Source: Candidatus Parcubacteria bacterium (GTDB taxonomy: Bacteria > Patescibacteriota > Minisyncoccia > Phycocordibacterales > Zambryskibacteraceae). Taken from it: a DNA stretch of 64,000 nucleotides. A program made the translations under genes and the position numbers. The DNA lies in the NCBI GenBank assembly GCA_019658995.1, contig JAIFWN010000001.1, positions 20,852-84,851 on the forward strand. The letters are read 5' to 3'. Of the stretch, positions 36,467-46,705 are shown one piece after another (the stretch's first letter is position 1; every line of letters starts with the position of its first letter). The notes under the pieces were generated by a model. It was not told where the DNA came from, did no database searches, and saw nothing but the letters and a program-made list of their open reading frames with translations.

Positions 36467-38888
36467 TCAGCACAACAAAGTCGTCTCGCGCTCGATAGTA
36501 AGCGAGATGAAGGAGTCGTTCATCGACTACGCCATGTCGGTCATCACCGACCGGGCTCTTCCAGATGTGCGTGACGGCCTGAAGCCCGTGCATAGGCGCA
36601 TTCTCTATGCCATGAACCAGATAGGTCTGACTGCCACGGCCAAGACCAGAAAGAGTGCGACGGTAGTCGGAGAAGTGCTCGGCTCTTACCATCCTCACGG
36701 TGATGCCTCCGTGTACGACGCCATGGTCAAGCTCGCACAAGACTTCGCTACGCGCTATCCATTGGTAATAGGGCAGGGTAACTTCGGTTCCATAGACGGC
36801 GACGGAGCCGCCGCATACCGTTACACCGAGGCCAAGATGAGCCGCATCGCCGGGGAACTCCTGGCAAATATAGAGAAGGACACGGTCGACTTCCGTCCCA
36901 ATTACGACGGTACCAAAAGGGAGCCCGTAGTGCTTCCGAGTGCCGCACCCAACCTGCTTCTGAACGGCACTCTCGGTATCGCCGTCGGCATGGCTACAAA
37001 TATCCCGCCGCATAACCTCAATGAGGTGATAGACGCGGCAATACTTCTTATAAATGATCCCGAGGCCACCACCGAAGACCTCCTGGAGTTCGTCAAAGGA
37101 CCGGACTTCCCGACAGGAGGAGTTGTTTTCAATCAGAAAGATATCGCCCACGCCTATGCTACCGGACGCGGCGGCATACTTACCCGCGGCGTGGCGGAAA
37201 TAGTAGACGACGGCAAGATGAATCAGATCGTTATCAGCCAGATTCCATACAGGGTCAATAAGCAAGTCCTGGTGGAAAAGATCGCCGATCTGGTGAGGGA
37301 AAAGAAAGTGGACGGAATCAAGGGTCTTCGGGATGAATCGACCAAAGACATTCGCGTCGTCATCGACCTGAAGCAGGGCAGCCAGCCGCAGAAGGTGCTC
37401 AATGCTCTCTACAAGCACACACAGCTCGAGGAGACCTTCCATGTAAACCTGGTGGCGCTTGTCGACGGCGTGCCGCAGACCATGTCTCTTAAGAGCATGC
37501 TCGTTGAGTTTATAAAGCACAGAGAGCAGGTAGTGCGCAGGCGTACCGTATACGACCTCGCCCAGGCCGAAGCCCGCGAACACATCCTTCTCGGTCTCAA
37601 GAAAGCACTTGATCACATCGACCAGATCGTGAAGCTGATTCGCGCATCCAAAACCGTCGAGGATGCTCGAACCGGGCTGATGAAGGAGTTCAGGTTCTCC
37701 GAGCTCCAGGCAAACGCCATTCTCGAGATGCGTTTGCAGAAGCTCGCGGGACTTGAACGCAAGAAGGTTGAGGACGAACTTAAGGAGGTACAGGCTCTTA
37801 TTGAATACCTTAAGGACCTCCTGGCCTCGCAGAAGAAGATCCGCAATCTGATCAAGGAGGAATTAAACGAAATCCAGAAGAAATACGGCGATGAGCGCCG
37901 CACTAAGGTGGTCAAGGGCGGGGTCAAGATCATATCCGCCGAGGATCTCATACCGGATGAGGAGCAGGCCCTGGTCCTTACCTCCGGCGGATATATCAAG
38001 CGCACTAATCCGGGCGAGTACAAGCGCCAGAAGAGGGGGGGCGTCGGTGTCATCGACCTGGATACAAAAGAAGAGGACTTCGTAACCATTTTCCTCACCG
38101 CATCCACCCACTCGGACCTTCTCTTCTTCACCGACAAGGGCAAGGCCTATCAGGTCAAGATGTACGACATTCCGGAGGGCAAGCGCGCCACGCGGGGCAA
38201 GAGCATCATGAACTTCATATCTCTGAGCGACGATGAGAAGGTCACCTCGATCCTTGCCATGCCCAAAGAACTCAAAAATATCGAGGGTTCTCTCACTCTC
38301 ATAACCAAGCAGGGCACGGGGAAGCGCGTATCGGCAAAGAGTTTCCATGATGTGCGGGCATCGGGCATCATCGCCATACGCTTGGATGCCGGAGACAAGC
38401 TCATATCCGTAACGCATTCGGAAAAGGGCGATGATATTTCCATAGTGACGAGGGAAGGTATGTCCATACGCTTCAAGGAAGGCGATATCCGCGAGATGGG
38501 CAGGGCGGCCGGCGGAGTGCGTGCTATCAAGCTGGATAAAAACGATGAAGTAGTGGCCGCGCATGTCATAAAACCGAAGTGGCAGAACTCCTGTCTCCTG
38601 GTCATAAGCGCCAATGGCTACGGCAAGCGTACCGATCTCTCCGAGTACAAGGTACAGGGCAGAGGCGGCAGCGGGATCCTGACCTCTAAGGTTACGCCAA
38701 AGACAGGCAAGGTTATGGCGTCGCAGATCGTGACGGAAGAGGAGTCGGAAGTGGTGGCAATTTCAAAAAAGTCTCAGGTAGTGCGGGTGGATATTAAAGA
38801 AATTCCGGTTCTCGGCCGCTCGACCCAGGGTGTGCGTATCATGAAGCTCCGCGAAGGCGACTCTCTGGCTTCGCTTATCTGTTTATAA
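36453..38888 (+). CDS. gyrA: DNA gyrase subunit A
   Basis: [29 protein letters not shown], GyrA-box QKRGGVG. Confidence 0.98.
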   Translation: MADNNQHNKVVSRSIVSEMKESFIDYAMSVITDRALPDVRDGLKPVHRRILYAMNQIGLTATAKTRKSATVVGEVLGSYHPHGDASVYDAMVKLAQDFATRYPLVIGQGNFGSIDGDGAAAYRYTEAKMSRIAGELLANIEKDTVDFRPNYDGTKREPVVLPSAAPNLLLNGTLGIAVGMATNIPPHNLNEVIDAAILLINDPEATTEDLLEFVKGPDFPTGGVVFNQKDIAHAYATGRGGILTRGVAEIVDDGKMNQIVISQIPYRVNKQVLVEKIADLVREKKVDGIKGLRDESTKDIRVVIDLKQGSQPQKVLNALYKHTQLEETFHVNLVALVDGVPQTMSLKSMLVEFIKHREQVVRRRTVYDLAQAEAREHILLGLKKALDHIDQIVKLIRASKTVEDARTGLMKEFRFSELQANAILEMRLQKLAGLERKKVEDELKEVQALIEYLKDLLASQKKIRNLIKEELNEIQKKYGDERRTKVVKGGVKIISAEDLIPDEEQALVLTSGGYIKRTNPGEYKRQKRGGVGVIDLDTKEEDFVTIFLTASTHSDLLFFTDKGKAYQVKMYDIPEGKRATRGKSIMNFISLSDDEKVTSILAMPKELKNIEGSLTLITKQGTGKRVSAKSFHDVRASGIIAIRLDAGDKLISVTHSEKGDDISIVTREGMSIRFKEGDIREMGRAAGGVRAIKLDKNDEVVAAHVIKPKWQNSCLLVISANGYGKRTDLSEYKVQGRGGSGILTSKVTPKTGKVMASQIVTEEESEVVAISKKSQVVRVDIKEIPVLGRSTQGVRIMKLREGDSLASLICL

Positions 38889-38939
38889 AATAAAAAGCCC
38901 GAGCATTTCTGCTCGGGGTGATGCCGGATTCGGAGTCCG

Positions 38940-39392
38940 TTACTTGCGGGAGAGCTTGACGGTCTGAGACGCGCTGTCGACGACTGCCGCTCCGCTCGCT
39001 TTGTAGCATTTGAAGATGGCGACCTTCTCCTCGCCGGCCTTCGGATACCAGGGGTGACCCTCGGATATCGCAACCGACTTGTAGGCCGCGCCGTCCTTGA
39101 AGTTGATGCCGATCTCGCGGCCAGTTGGTGTCTGAACCAGGCATGCCGACGCCCAGTCGGGCTTCGGCAACGAGACGACGTATGGCTTGCCCTCGTGCAA
39201 ATCGAGCAGCTTGTCGCCGGCCGGGTCGGCACGGAAGGATGCGAGAGGGCTTGTCTGGCCAACAACTTCGGCTGTGACATTCATCGCGAGCTTTGCCTGC
39301 TGTCCCTGGGCCGGGATGGCGAAGAGCGAGAGAATGCCGAGCGAGCCAGTGAAGCAGAGAAGTGCGAAATTACGCTGACGCTTGGAAAGCAT
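38940..39392 (-). CDS. Orphan secreted protein
   Basis: TTGACA-N16-TATAAT (39492-39465), AGGAG SD, signal peptide AQG/Q, hairpin terminator near 38895-38917. Confidence 0.75.
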   Translation of the reverse strand: MLSKRQRNFALLCFTGSLGILSLFAIPAQGQQAKLAMNVTAEVVGQTSPLASFRADPAGDKLLDLHEGKPYVVSLPKPDWASACLVQTPTGREIGINFKDGAAYKSVAISEGHPWYPKAGEEKVAIFKCYKASGAAVVDSASQTVKLSRK

Positions 39393-39535
39393 TTCAGTTC
39401 TCCTGTGTCGAATGGTACATGCCGCAGATGAAGACGTATGAGCTTCAGCCTGCTTACTCTTGGTATTATATCACTAACTGATATTTTGTCAAATCAGATA
39501 AGAATAGCCTGTAGCTCTTGTATAATGAATGCATA

Positions 39536-40078
39536 ATGTTCAGCGATCCTGAGAAAAATGTTTTGGAATTCGGTTTCATTCCCGGTCAGAAGGTGGTCGA
39601 TCTGGGGAGCGGAGCGGGACACTATGCCGCCGCGCTGTCGCGCCTCCTCGGTCCATCAGGAAGGGTCTACGCCGTGGATATCGATAAAGATATGTTGGTT
39701 AAGATTAAGAACGATTCGGCCAGAGAGGGCAGGGACAACATTGAGGTTATCTGGGGCGATATTGAGAAGGTGAGCGGTACTAAGCTCCGAGACAATGTGG
39801 CCGATGGGGCCGTCTTCTCCAATATCCTCTTCCAGCTCGATGACAAGGCCGGCGCGGTTGCCGAGGCTAAGAGAGTCATTAAGCCCGGCGGAAGAATTTG
39901 TGTCGTAGAGTGGGCCGATCTCTCGTTTCTCAAGAACACTCTGAGCTCGCAAAAGAAGGAACCGGTCACGGAGCCGGCATCCAGGGAACTTTTCGCATCA
40001 GCGGGGGTAACCTTCGAAAGATCTTTCGATGCGGGGGAGAGCCACTATGGCGCAATCTTCCGTAAGCCTCTACAATAA
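39536..40078 (+). CDS. Class I SAM-dependent methyltransferase
   Basis: VVDLGSGAG, VYAVDI, RVIKPGG. Confidence 0.9.
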   Translation: MFSDPEKNVLEFGFIPGQKVVDLGSGAGHYAAALSRLLGPSGRVYAVDIDKDMLVKIKNDSAREGRDNIEVIWGDIEKVSGTKLRDNVADGAVFSNILFQLDDKAGAVAEAKRVIKPGGRICVVEWADLSFLKNTLSSQKKEPVTEPASRELFASAGVTFERSFDAGESHYGAIFRKPLQ

Positions 40079-40083
40079 TACTA

Positions 40084-41367
40084 ATGAGTAAGTTCCAGAT
40101 AGGTCTTCTTGTGGTATTCGGGGTTTTCATACTCCTCGCGGTCATTCTCTTCTCCACTAATCGCGGCTCCTCTGTAGACGGCGCCAAGCTTTCAGTATGG
40201 GGTACTCTCTCCGAATACGACTTTAACAATATGATCACGAATTCGGGCCTGGGCAGGAGTGATACTCTGTCCTTCTCTTATACCGAGAAGCCGGAAGGCA
40301 AGCTCTCCGCCGACTTCACCGAGGCTCTGGCCGAAGGAAACGGGCCGGATCTCATAATTTTACCGCTCGAAAACCTTCTCAAGGATAAAAACAAGCTGAT
40401 GCTCATCCCCAATGCAAGCGTCAAACCATCGGATTTCGTATCCACTTTCATAAAGGAGGGCGAGCTCTTCGAGACAGCCGAGGGTACGTACGCCCTGCCG
40501 ATGTATATTGACCCGATGGTTCTATATTGGAACCGGGATCTTTTTGCCAAAGCTTCACTGGCTACACCGCCCGTGTATTGGGATCAGATCTATGATTATA
40601 TTTCCAAACTGACGGTCCGCGACAATGCCGGTAATATCACCCAATCCGCTATCGCTCTCGGCGAGGCTAAAAATATTCCCCATGCCAAGGAGGTTCTCTC
40701 GCTTCTCATGCTTCAGGCCGGCACTCCCATAGTTATAGACTCGGGTATCGGACTCCGCGCCGGCCTCATCGACAGCTTCGGACAGTCTGTGATACCGGCC
40801 CAGGCCGCTCTGGACTTCTACACCCAGTTCGCCAATCCGCAGAAGTCCTTCTATGGCTGGAACCGCTCTCTCGTCACAGCCGATACTCACTTTGCCTCTG
40901 GCAAGAGCGCCATGTACCTCGGCTTCGCCAGTGAGCGGCCGGTGCTCAAGGCCAAGAACCCGACGGCCGACATCGCTGTTGCTCCGGTGCCGCAGTCGCG
41001 CGTAAGCAGCAAGGTCATAACATTCGGACGTATTTATGGTGTAGCTATAGCAAGGAGTGCCAGGGACGGCGCGGCAGCTCTCTCGGGTGTCCTGGCTCTC
41101 GCTAGCAAGGAGAGCGCGGCTGCCCTCTCTGGCGCGACACCGCTTGTACCCGCCCGCCGCGACCTTCTTTCTCAAAAACCGGTTGACCCATTCGGTTCGG
41201 TCTTCTACGGGGCGGCTCTCCAAGCCCGCGGCTGGCTCGATCCGGATTCTGATAAGAGCCAGAAGATTTTTACCGACATGATCGAGTCGGTTACCTCCGG
41301 CCGCCAGAGAGTGGAAGAAGCGGTTAGGACAGCCCAGTCGGCGCTCGATGCCTTACTTTCAAAATAA
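40084..41367 (+). CDS. Membrane-anchored extracellular solute-binding protein (sugar type)
   Basis: N-terminal TM; GPD, YALP..IDPMVLYWNRDLF, FASGKSAM. Confidence 0.85.
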   Translation: MSKFQIGLLVVFGVFILLAVILFSTNRGSSVDGAKLSVWGTLSEYDFNNMITNSGLGRSDTLSFSYTEKPEGKLSADFTEALAEGNGPDLIILPLENLLKDKNKLMLIPNASVKPSDFVSTFIKEGELFETAEGTYALPMYIDPMVLYWNRDLFAKASLATPPVYWDQIYDYISKLTVRDNAGNITQSAIALGEAKNIPHAKEVLSLLMLQAGTPIVIDSGIGLRAGLIDSFGQSVIPAQAALDFYTQFANPQKSFYGWNRSLVTADTHFASGKSAMYLGFASERPVLKAKNPTADIAVAPVPQSRVSSKVITFGRIYGVAIARSARDGAAALSGVLALASKESAAALSGATPLVPARRDLLSQKPVDPFGSVFYGAALQARGWLDPDSDKSQKIFTDMIESVTSGRQRVEEAVRTAQSALDALLSK

Positions 41368-41368
41368 T

Positions 41369-41459
41369 ATGAATCCCGTTAGAAGCTCGCACAGAACATG
41401 AAAAGTAGATATTCTTTTACTATGATTTTTATAAGAAATAGCTTCTAACGGGATGAATC
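41369..41459. mobile_element. Miniature inverted-repeat element (15-bp IR) with flanking ATGAATC direct repeats
   Basis: ATCCCGTTAGAAGCT (41373-41387) / AGCTTCTAACGGGAT (41440-41454). Confidence 0.7.
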
Positions 41460-41785
41460 AACTAGCCGCAATCTGGCAGCCTCTCATTGTCTGTGATGGC
41501 ACACGTGCGGATCCGTGCACTTTCGCAAGTCTCATTAAGCTTACCCAGGTCATCATAAATGACCTCATAGTCATATCGACCGTCCTTGCCACTATCGCTT
41601 TCATCATCATCGGCTTCACTCTTCTTACTTCAGGTGGTGACACTGGCGCATGGAAAAAGGCTAGGGAAAGGTTCTTCAGTGTGGTCGTAGGCTATGTGTG
41701 GATACTGGCGGCATGGCTCATAGTCTATACTATAACCAGCGTGCTTCTGAACAGCGGCTACTCGATCCTGGGATCGCCAAAATAA
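41453..41785 (+). CDS. T4SS-pilin-like (TrbC/VirB2-like) protein 1
   Basis: Two TMs around LTSGGD...KAR; N-terminal C..C loop. Confidence 0.75.
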   Translation: MNQLAAIWQPLIVCDGTRADPCTFASLIKLTQVIINDLIVISTVLATIAFIIIGFTLLTSGGDTGAWKKARERFFSVVVGYVWILAAWLIVYTITSVLLNSGYSILGSPK

Positions 41786-42219
41786 TGAAAAAATATACAA
41801 AATACATTCTGGTCATGTCTGTCATCTCCGTGGTTTTCGCCGCTAATGTCTATGCAGTGAACCCGCCTAATCAGGATGATGGGGGAGGAAGGGCGGGAGA
41901 TGACGGCGGCGGCAGGACCGCCGTAAATCTGAAGATCGAGAACCCATTCAAGTGCTCCGGCAGTGAGTCTCAGTGCGGCAGTCTCATCAATCTTTTCAAA
42001 ACAATCGTGGAGAAGGTACTGCTTCCCATTGGCGGTGTAGCGGCTGTAGTCTCCTTTATCTGGTCGGGCTTCCTCTTCGTTACGGCGCAGGGTGAACCTG
42101 CCAAAATTCAGACTGCCAAAAACGCTCTTCTCTACACTGCCATAGGCACGGCGGTGCTCCTGGGAGCTGTGGCTATAGCCACTATTATCGACAACACCAT
42201 AAGTGCTCTCCAAACCTGA
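41785..42219 (+). CDS. T4SS-pilin-like protein 2
   Basis: Signal peptide; GFLFVTAQGEP.KI..AK..L.Y..IG; TAATG coupling. Confidence 0.8.
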   Translation: MKKYTKYILVMSVISVVFAANVYAVNPPNQDDGGGRAGDDGGGRTAVNLKIENPFKCSGSESQCGSLINLFKTIVEKVLLPIGGVAAVVSFIWSGFLFVTAQGEPAKIQTAKNALLYTAIGTAVLLGAVAIATIIDNTISALQT

Positions 42220-42509
42220 TGCCGCGTACTTTCGCAGAACTCATAGAAGTGTTTCTCCGTCTGATCGGTCTCCTTTTGCCTCTTCTTATCGCCCTGGCAT
42301 TTCTTGTATTCGTCTGGGGTATCGCCAAGTTCATCGCCAGGTCCGAAGATTCCAAGAGCCATGAGGAAGGCAAGAGCCTCATAAAGTGGGGATTGGTAGG
42401 TCTCTTCGTAATGTTATCATTTATGGGGATCATCCGGTTATTCTACGAGGATATCGGATTCAGCAGGTTCGGATTGCCGCTTCTGCCGCCTTATCACATC
42501 GCAAAATAA
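42219..42509 (+). CDS. T4SS-pilin-like protein 3
   Basis: FVWG..KFI...EEGK..IKWGL.GLFVM. Confidence 0.8.
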   Translation: MPRTFAELIEVFLRLIGLLLPLLIALAFLVFVWGIAKFIARSEDSKSHEEGKSLIKWGLVGLFVMLSFMGIIRLFYEDIGFSRFGLPLLPPYHIAK

Positions 42510-42862
42510 TGAAAAAAATAACAAAGTTAAATATAATCACAGGCACGCTGCTCTCTCTTCCATTGGCCGCCTGGGCACAACAAAGTCAGGTTTTAAACCT
42601 AATAGAGTACATAATGGATATCGTTGAAAATCTCATTATTCTGGCTGCGGCTCTCGCTCTTCTTGCCTTCATGTGGGGTCTTACCAGGTTTATTTTCAAG
42701 GTCGGGGGTGATGAGAAGGCTATCGAACAAGGTAAGAATCTAATGAAGTGGGGCCTCATAGCCCTCTTCGTGATGATGTCGGTCTGGGGGATCATCAGAT
42801 TCTTCCAGGATGAGTTTGAGCTGGATAACTCTGCACTCGATATCAATTTCCCCATAAGGTAG
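42509..42862 (+). CDS. T4SS-pilin-like protein 4
   Basis: Signal peptide; FMWG..RFI...GKNLMKWGLIALFVMMSVWGII. Confidence 0.8.
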   Translation: MKKITKLNIITGTLLSLPLAAWAQQSQVLNLIEYIMDIVENLIILAAALALLAFMWGLTRFIFKVGGDEKAIEQGKNLMKWGLIALFVMMSVWGIIRFFQDEFELDNSALDINFPIR

Positions 42863-42965
42863 CTCTTAGGAGCCTCGTGGATAGCTGTGTTGTAAACTCT
42901 CTATGGTAGAGTATCATTGAGACATACCAACAGGTATATTAAAAATAACAAGTTATAGAGACTTA

Positions 42966-43325
42966 ATGAAAAAGCTTATTTACGCTTCGATCGCGCTTAC
43001 TCCGGCTCTGAGCTTCGCCCAGACCAGCGGTACGCCGACCCTGGGCAACCTCCAGGTACTCCTCAACTCCATCCAGAACCTCGTCAAGCTGGCCCTTCCG
43101 ATAGTTATCGGCCTCGCTCTTCTCGGATTCTTCTGGGGCTTGATGAAGTTCATCTTCTCCGCGGGCAACGAGGAGTCCAAAGCCGACGGCAAGAAGATCA
43201 TGATCTACGGAGTTATCGCTCTCTTCGTGATGGTTTCGGTGTGGGGTCTCGTCAACTTCATAGGCGGTTCTCTCGGAGTCGGCCAGGGAGGCACGGCACC
43301 GGTCCCGACGGTCAACGGTCTCTAA
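42966..43325 (+). CDS. T4SS-pilin-like protein 5 (candidate major subunit)
   Basis: Own upstream region, biased codon use; FFWG..KFI...GKKIMIYGVIALFVMVSVWGLV. Confidence 0.82.
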   Translation: MKKLIYASIALTPALSFAQTSGTPTLGNLQVLLNSIQNLVKLALPIVIGLALLGFFWGLMKFIFSAGNEESKADGKKIMIYGVIALFVMVSVWGLVNFIGGSLGVGQGGTAPVPTVNGL

Positions 43326-43336
43326 GATAGACAGGG

Positions 43337-43603
43337 ATGGATATCTCCTCCTTCCTCGACAAGGTTAATGCTCTTATCATTAACCCGATCATTGTTCTTC
43401 TCTTCGCCATTGCTTTCCTCGTCTTCTTCTTCGGCATCTTCCAGTTTGTAGGCTCGGCGGGGGAGAGCGGCGAGAGAGACAAGGGCAAGAAGAAGATTAT
43501 GTACGGTCTTATAGGAATGTTCATCATGTTCAGTGCCTACGGGCTTATCCGCCTGGTGCTCGGCACGTTCGGTATAAACGCACCATCTTACATCAACCGT
43601 TAA
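43337..43603 (+). CDS. T4SS-pilin-like protein 6
   Basis: FFFG..QFV...GKKKIMYGLIGMFIMFSAYGLI. Confidence 0.8.
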   Translation: MDISSFLDKVNALIINPIIVLLFAIAFLVFFFGIFQFVGSAGESGERDKGKKKIMYGLIGMFIMFSAYGLIRLVLGTFGINAPSYINR

Positions 43604-44535
43604 GTCTTGGATAAAAAAGAGCCGATAGCGACTGTGGTAGTCGCTATCGGCTTTTGTGTTGGGCGAGCACTGCATTTTCTGCCCGTGCTTTCCTGGTGTA
43701 CATAGATCGCGGCGGATGCGCCCAGAGCTCTGAAGCGAACTCCTCCACTGACGTCCACGATTTTTTCGGGAGGATCTCCAGGCCAGAACTCGACCCAGCC
43801 GTCTTTCTTGGTCCAGACCGCATAAGCGGAGTGAGAATTGGCAGGTCTCTTCCAGCCGAGGTACGGATTTCCGAGTGTATTGGGCAAGAAGATCCGTGAC
43901 GGCTCACTCCCGACCATGATGACGAATGCCGTATCACAAGACGGAAGGATGAGAGCCGAGTCGAGCATCTTGGCATAAGTCGCCAGTGCGATCGCTCTTA
44001 CTCGCTTCTCCTCAGCTTCTTCCCTGTCGCTTCGCTTCCCGTTCCAGACCAGGAAGAGGACAGTCGCCGCGACGACTATGCCCCAGCCGAGTGTCATGAG
44101 CAGAACATCGACAGATCTCGATGGTTTTGCAGCACCAGTCCCAGGTCTGCGTTTCTTCCAGAGCTTATAACCGCCTTGGACCAGAACTAAGCCGGCGACG
44201 ATCCCGAGAGCCCACTTCCCGATCGTCAGCCAGGGCAGAGTCATGAGCCAGGCCCAGACACTTGATGATGGACCGCTAGCTTTAGCGGCCAGGAACACCA
44301 CCAGCGTAATCGTGATAATACCCTGGATTGCCAATTTCGCGTCCGGGATAATTGCCGAATTGCGTGTCGATCTCTTGAAAGACCGAAGTGCGACGCGAGT
44401 TCGGGTTTTCAATCTCAGGCCGCGATTTGTTAAGGTCATGTGCCGAGAAATCCGGTTACGTCTGGCTTTCCAGAGAATCTGGGTCTCTCGCCAGCTCTTG
44501 TCCAATCTGGCACGAAGTCTATTGAGCATCCTCAT
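43600..44535 (-). CDS. Orphan membrane protein (Arg-rich N-terminus, 3 TMs, C-terminal soluble domain)
   Basis: TTGACT-N16-TATAAT (44598-44571), AGGAG SD. Confidence 0.75.
   Translation of the reverse strand: MRMLNRLRARLDKSWRETQILWKARRNRISRHMTLTNRGLRLKTRTRVALRSFKRSTRNSAIIPDAKLAIQGIITITLVVFLAAKASGPSSSVWAWLMTLPWLTIGKWALGIVAGLVLVQGGYKLWKKRRPGTGAAKPSRSVDVLLMTLGWGIVVAATVLFLVWNGKRSDREEAEEKRVRAIALATYAKMLDSALILPSCDTAFVIMVGSEPSRIFLPNTLGNPYLGWKRPANSHSAYAVWTKKDGWVEFWPGDPPEKIVDVSGGVRFRALGASAAIYVHQESTGRKCSARPTQKPIATTTVAIGSFLSKT
43620..43654. terminator. Bidirectional terminator
   Basis: AGCCGATAGCGACT-GTGGT-AGTCGCTATCGGCT flanked by A/T tracts. Confidence 0.8.
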
Positions 44536-44645
44536 TCTCCTTTGCTATTTGGCGAACTTGATCTCTCATCATTATATATTGAAAATCTGTAAAGTCAAGT
44601 ATAAAAAAGCCAGTCCGATGTTTTGGACTGGCTGAGTGAGTTGTA

Positions 44646-45809
44646 TTACTTGCTGCCGACAAGAACTGCTGGAGTGGCTCCGCCTCGTACAGAAGTTGTA
44701 ACTACCTTGTTGTTTTCGTAAGCCTCGGCCTCACGTGCACGTGCTGCGAATTCGCCGGCGTTAGCTATGGGTATAATAACCTTCTGCACATGGTCAGCCT
44801 GACCCTCGTTCACGCGCAATTGAGCATTACGCTCGCCTGTAGCCACGACGACAGCTCGCCTTGCTTGCTTGATGGCGACACGGACTTCGAGGTCCGCAGC
44901 AAGGATTTTGGCTTCTTGCTCGCGCTTGGTTTTCTCCTGGAGCTGGAGAAGCTCACGCTGCTTGGCATCCATGTCGATGGCGTAGAGTATGTACCTCTCA
45001 GCCTGGATGCCTATGACATCTAGAGCTCGCTCCTTGAGCTTCTTGAGTACATCCGTGCGGAGCTGTTCTTTCCGCTCCTTCAGTTTGCCATGCACCTCTT
45101 CGGTGGGAACATCTTCGAAGAGGTAATACTCAGGCTGGTGACTCCCTGTCTCATCGGTGACTACCTCGTCGACGAGAGAGGTGAGAGTCGCGTTTGAGTC
45201 AGCGACCTTAAGTCTCGCGCGGACAGGGAATTTCTCCTGGTACACAACCTTGCCATATACATCAATGGTGTATGTACCCGCTGTCTCAGCCCCACGAGTA
45301 GCAACGTCATTCTCGCGAGAGTAGTAGACGAAGGTCGTATCATAGCTCAGGGGCTCCTCTTTATACCTGGGCATTTCGTATTCTTCGCCCCTCTCCCGCT
45401 TCTCTTCGGCTTCGCGAAGTTTAGCCTCGTCAATCTTGAGGCGGACTTCACTGATCTTGTTGATCCGAATTTCCATGAATGGGCCAAGCCAGGTCGCGCC
45501 GTAGAGATAGTACATGAGTCCGCGTCGGTGAGTCTCACGTCCGGGAACGACTTCCCAGTTCATAAGGTCATGACCGGCTCGCTTGATCTTGTGGCCAGGT
45601 ACCCCGCATACGATATCAAGAATTTCACTCCCCGAAGCGGGTGTCGCTTTCTGAGGATCGGCCACCGCTCGCTTGCGATTGCTTTTCCGCTGAAGAAAGC
45701 CATTTGTGCCAGCCGGCACGAAGCACCAGATAGTGCCTCGGCTCGCCAGCGTTCTCACGACGAATCCAACGATGAAGTAAGAAGCTATGAGCCAAATCCA
45801 GAAAAACAT
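44646..45809 (-). CDS. Divergent SPFH/band-7-like membrane protein
   Basis: N-terminal TM, SPFH-like middle, AxAE/GEx coiled coil; TTGACT-N17-TAAAAT; GGAGG SD. Confidence 0.65.
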   Translation of the reverse strand: MFFWIWLIASYFIVGFVVRTLASRGTIWCFVPAGTNGFLQRKSNRKRAVADPQKATPASGSEILDIVCGVPGHKIKRAGHDLMNWEVVPGRETHRRGLMYYLYGATWLGPFMEIRINKISEVRLKIDEAKLREAEEKRERGEEYEMPRYKEEPLSYDTTFVYYSRENDVATRGAETAGTYTIDVYGKVVYQEKFPVRARLKVADSNATLTSLVDEVVTDETGSHQPEYYLFEDVPTEEVHGKLKERKEQLRTDVLKKLKERALDVIGIQAERYILYAIDMDAKQRELLQLQEKTKREQEAKILAADLEVRVAIKQARRAVVVATGERNAQLRVNEGQADHVQKVIIPIANAGEFAARAREAEAYENNKVVTTSVRGGATPAVLVGSK

Positions 45810-45899
45810 TTGCACCTCCGCGGCTGGGTTGCTTGTAGTGGTTCAAGGTTCTAGCACTCTAGACGCATTTTATAATAGAAAACTTACAAAGTCAATATG

Positions 45900-45980
45900 T
45901 GGGCGGGAGAGGACTTGAACCTCCACTCCTTGCGGAACCAGTTCCTAAAACTGGCGTGTCTACCATTTCACCACCCGCCC
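45900..45980 (-). tRNA. tRNA-Leu(TAG)
   Basis: CCAGT-TTTAGGA-ACTGG, variable arm. Confidence 0.93.
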
Positions 45981-46011
45981 TTTATTTAAATTTTATCAAA
46001 ATAGAGAGCAC

Positions 46012-46413
46012 TCATCGAGTGCTCTCTTCATGGATGATTCGCAGTCCTCTTACTGAGCAGCTGATATGGATGGTTGTTAATGTGGCAGGCGCAACCCACC
46101 AGTACCACTTTTCCTGCTTTCGCCAGCGATATGCCACGCGCATCACTGCGCCGTAGCCTATGGCGGCTGCAAGATACACCGGAAGGGTCCTGCCCTCCGT
46201 CCCAAATAGGGGTCGGGCCAACGGGTTCCTCTCACCGCAGTCGTACTTTCTGATGCAATAAGCACTCTGCTCGATATCGAGCGCCGCCATACCGGCTAGC
46301 GCCGCAGTTGCTACTACGAAGGGAGTGAGAGACTTCTGTTCTACAGGTTTCTCCTGCGCGATCACCGTGCCGAATGAGAAAAGTGAAAACGCGATAGCCA
46401 GAACGACTCGCAT
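46012..46413 (-). CDS. Orphan exported membrane protein with D...E.NP motif (DUF5658-like)
   Basis: Signal peptide VIA/Q; LDI..S..C....CGERNP; TTGACT-N17-TATTGT. Confidence 0.7.
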   Translation of the reverse strand: MRVVLAIAFSLFSFGTVIAQEKPVEQKSLTPFVVATAALAGMAALDIEQSAYCIRKYDCGERNPLARPLFGTEGRTLPVYLAAAIGYGAVMRVAYRWRKQEKWYWWVAPATLTTIHISCSVRGLRIIHEESTR

Positions 46414-46477
46414 GGAGCCCCCGAGGCTGGGTTGTCTATCTCAACAATATCACAGACTAATCAATTAGTCAAACTAG

Positions 46478-46550
46478 TGCACCCTGAAGGGATCGAACCT
46501 TCGACCTTATCCTTAAGAGGGATCTGCTCTACCAGCTGAGCTAAGGGTGC
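46478..46550 (-). tRNA. tRNA-Lys(CTT)
   Basis: ATCC-CTCTTAA-GGAT. Confidence 0.93.
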
Positions 46551-46592
46551 AGTGAGGAAAACTATATCTAAAATTCCACGTCTTTTCAATTG

Positions 46593-46663
46593 TGCGAGAT
46601 GCGAGAATCGAACTCGCGCCCGATGCTTGGGAAGCACCAGTTCTGCCACTAAACTAATCTCGC
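46593..46663 (-). tRNA. tRNA-Gly(CCC)
   Basis: GGTGC-TTCCCAA-GCATC. Confidence 0.93.
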
Positions 46664-46705
46664 TCGGTTTCAGAATATCATAAAGAAAAAAGCGGACAGG
46701 GTCCG

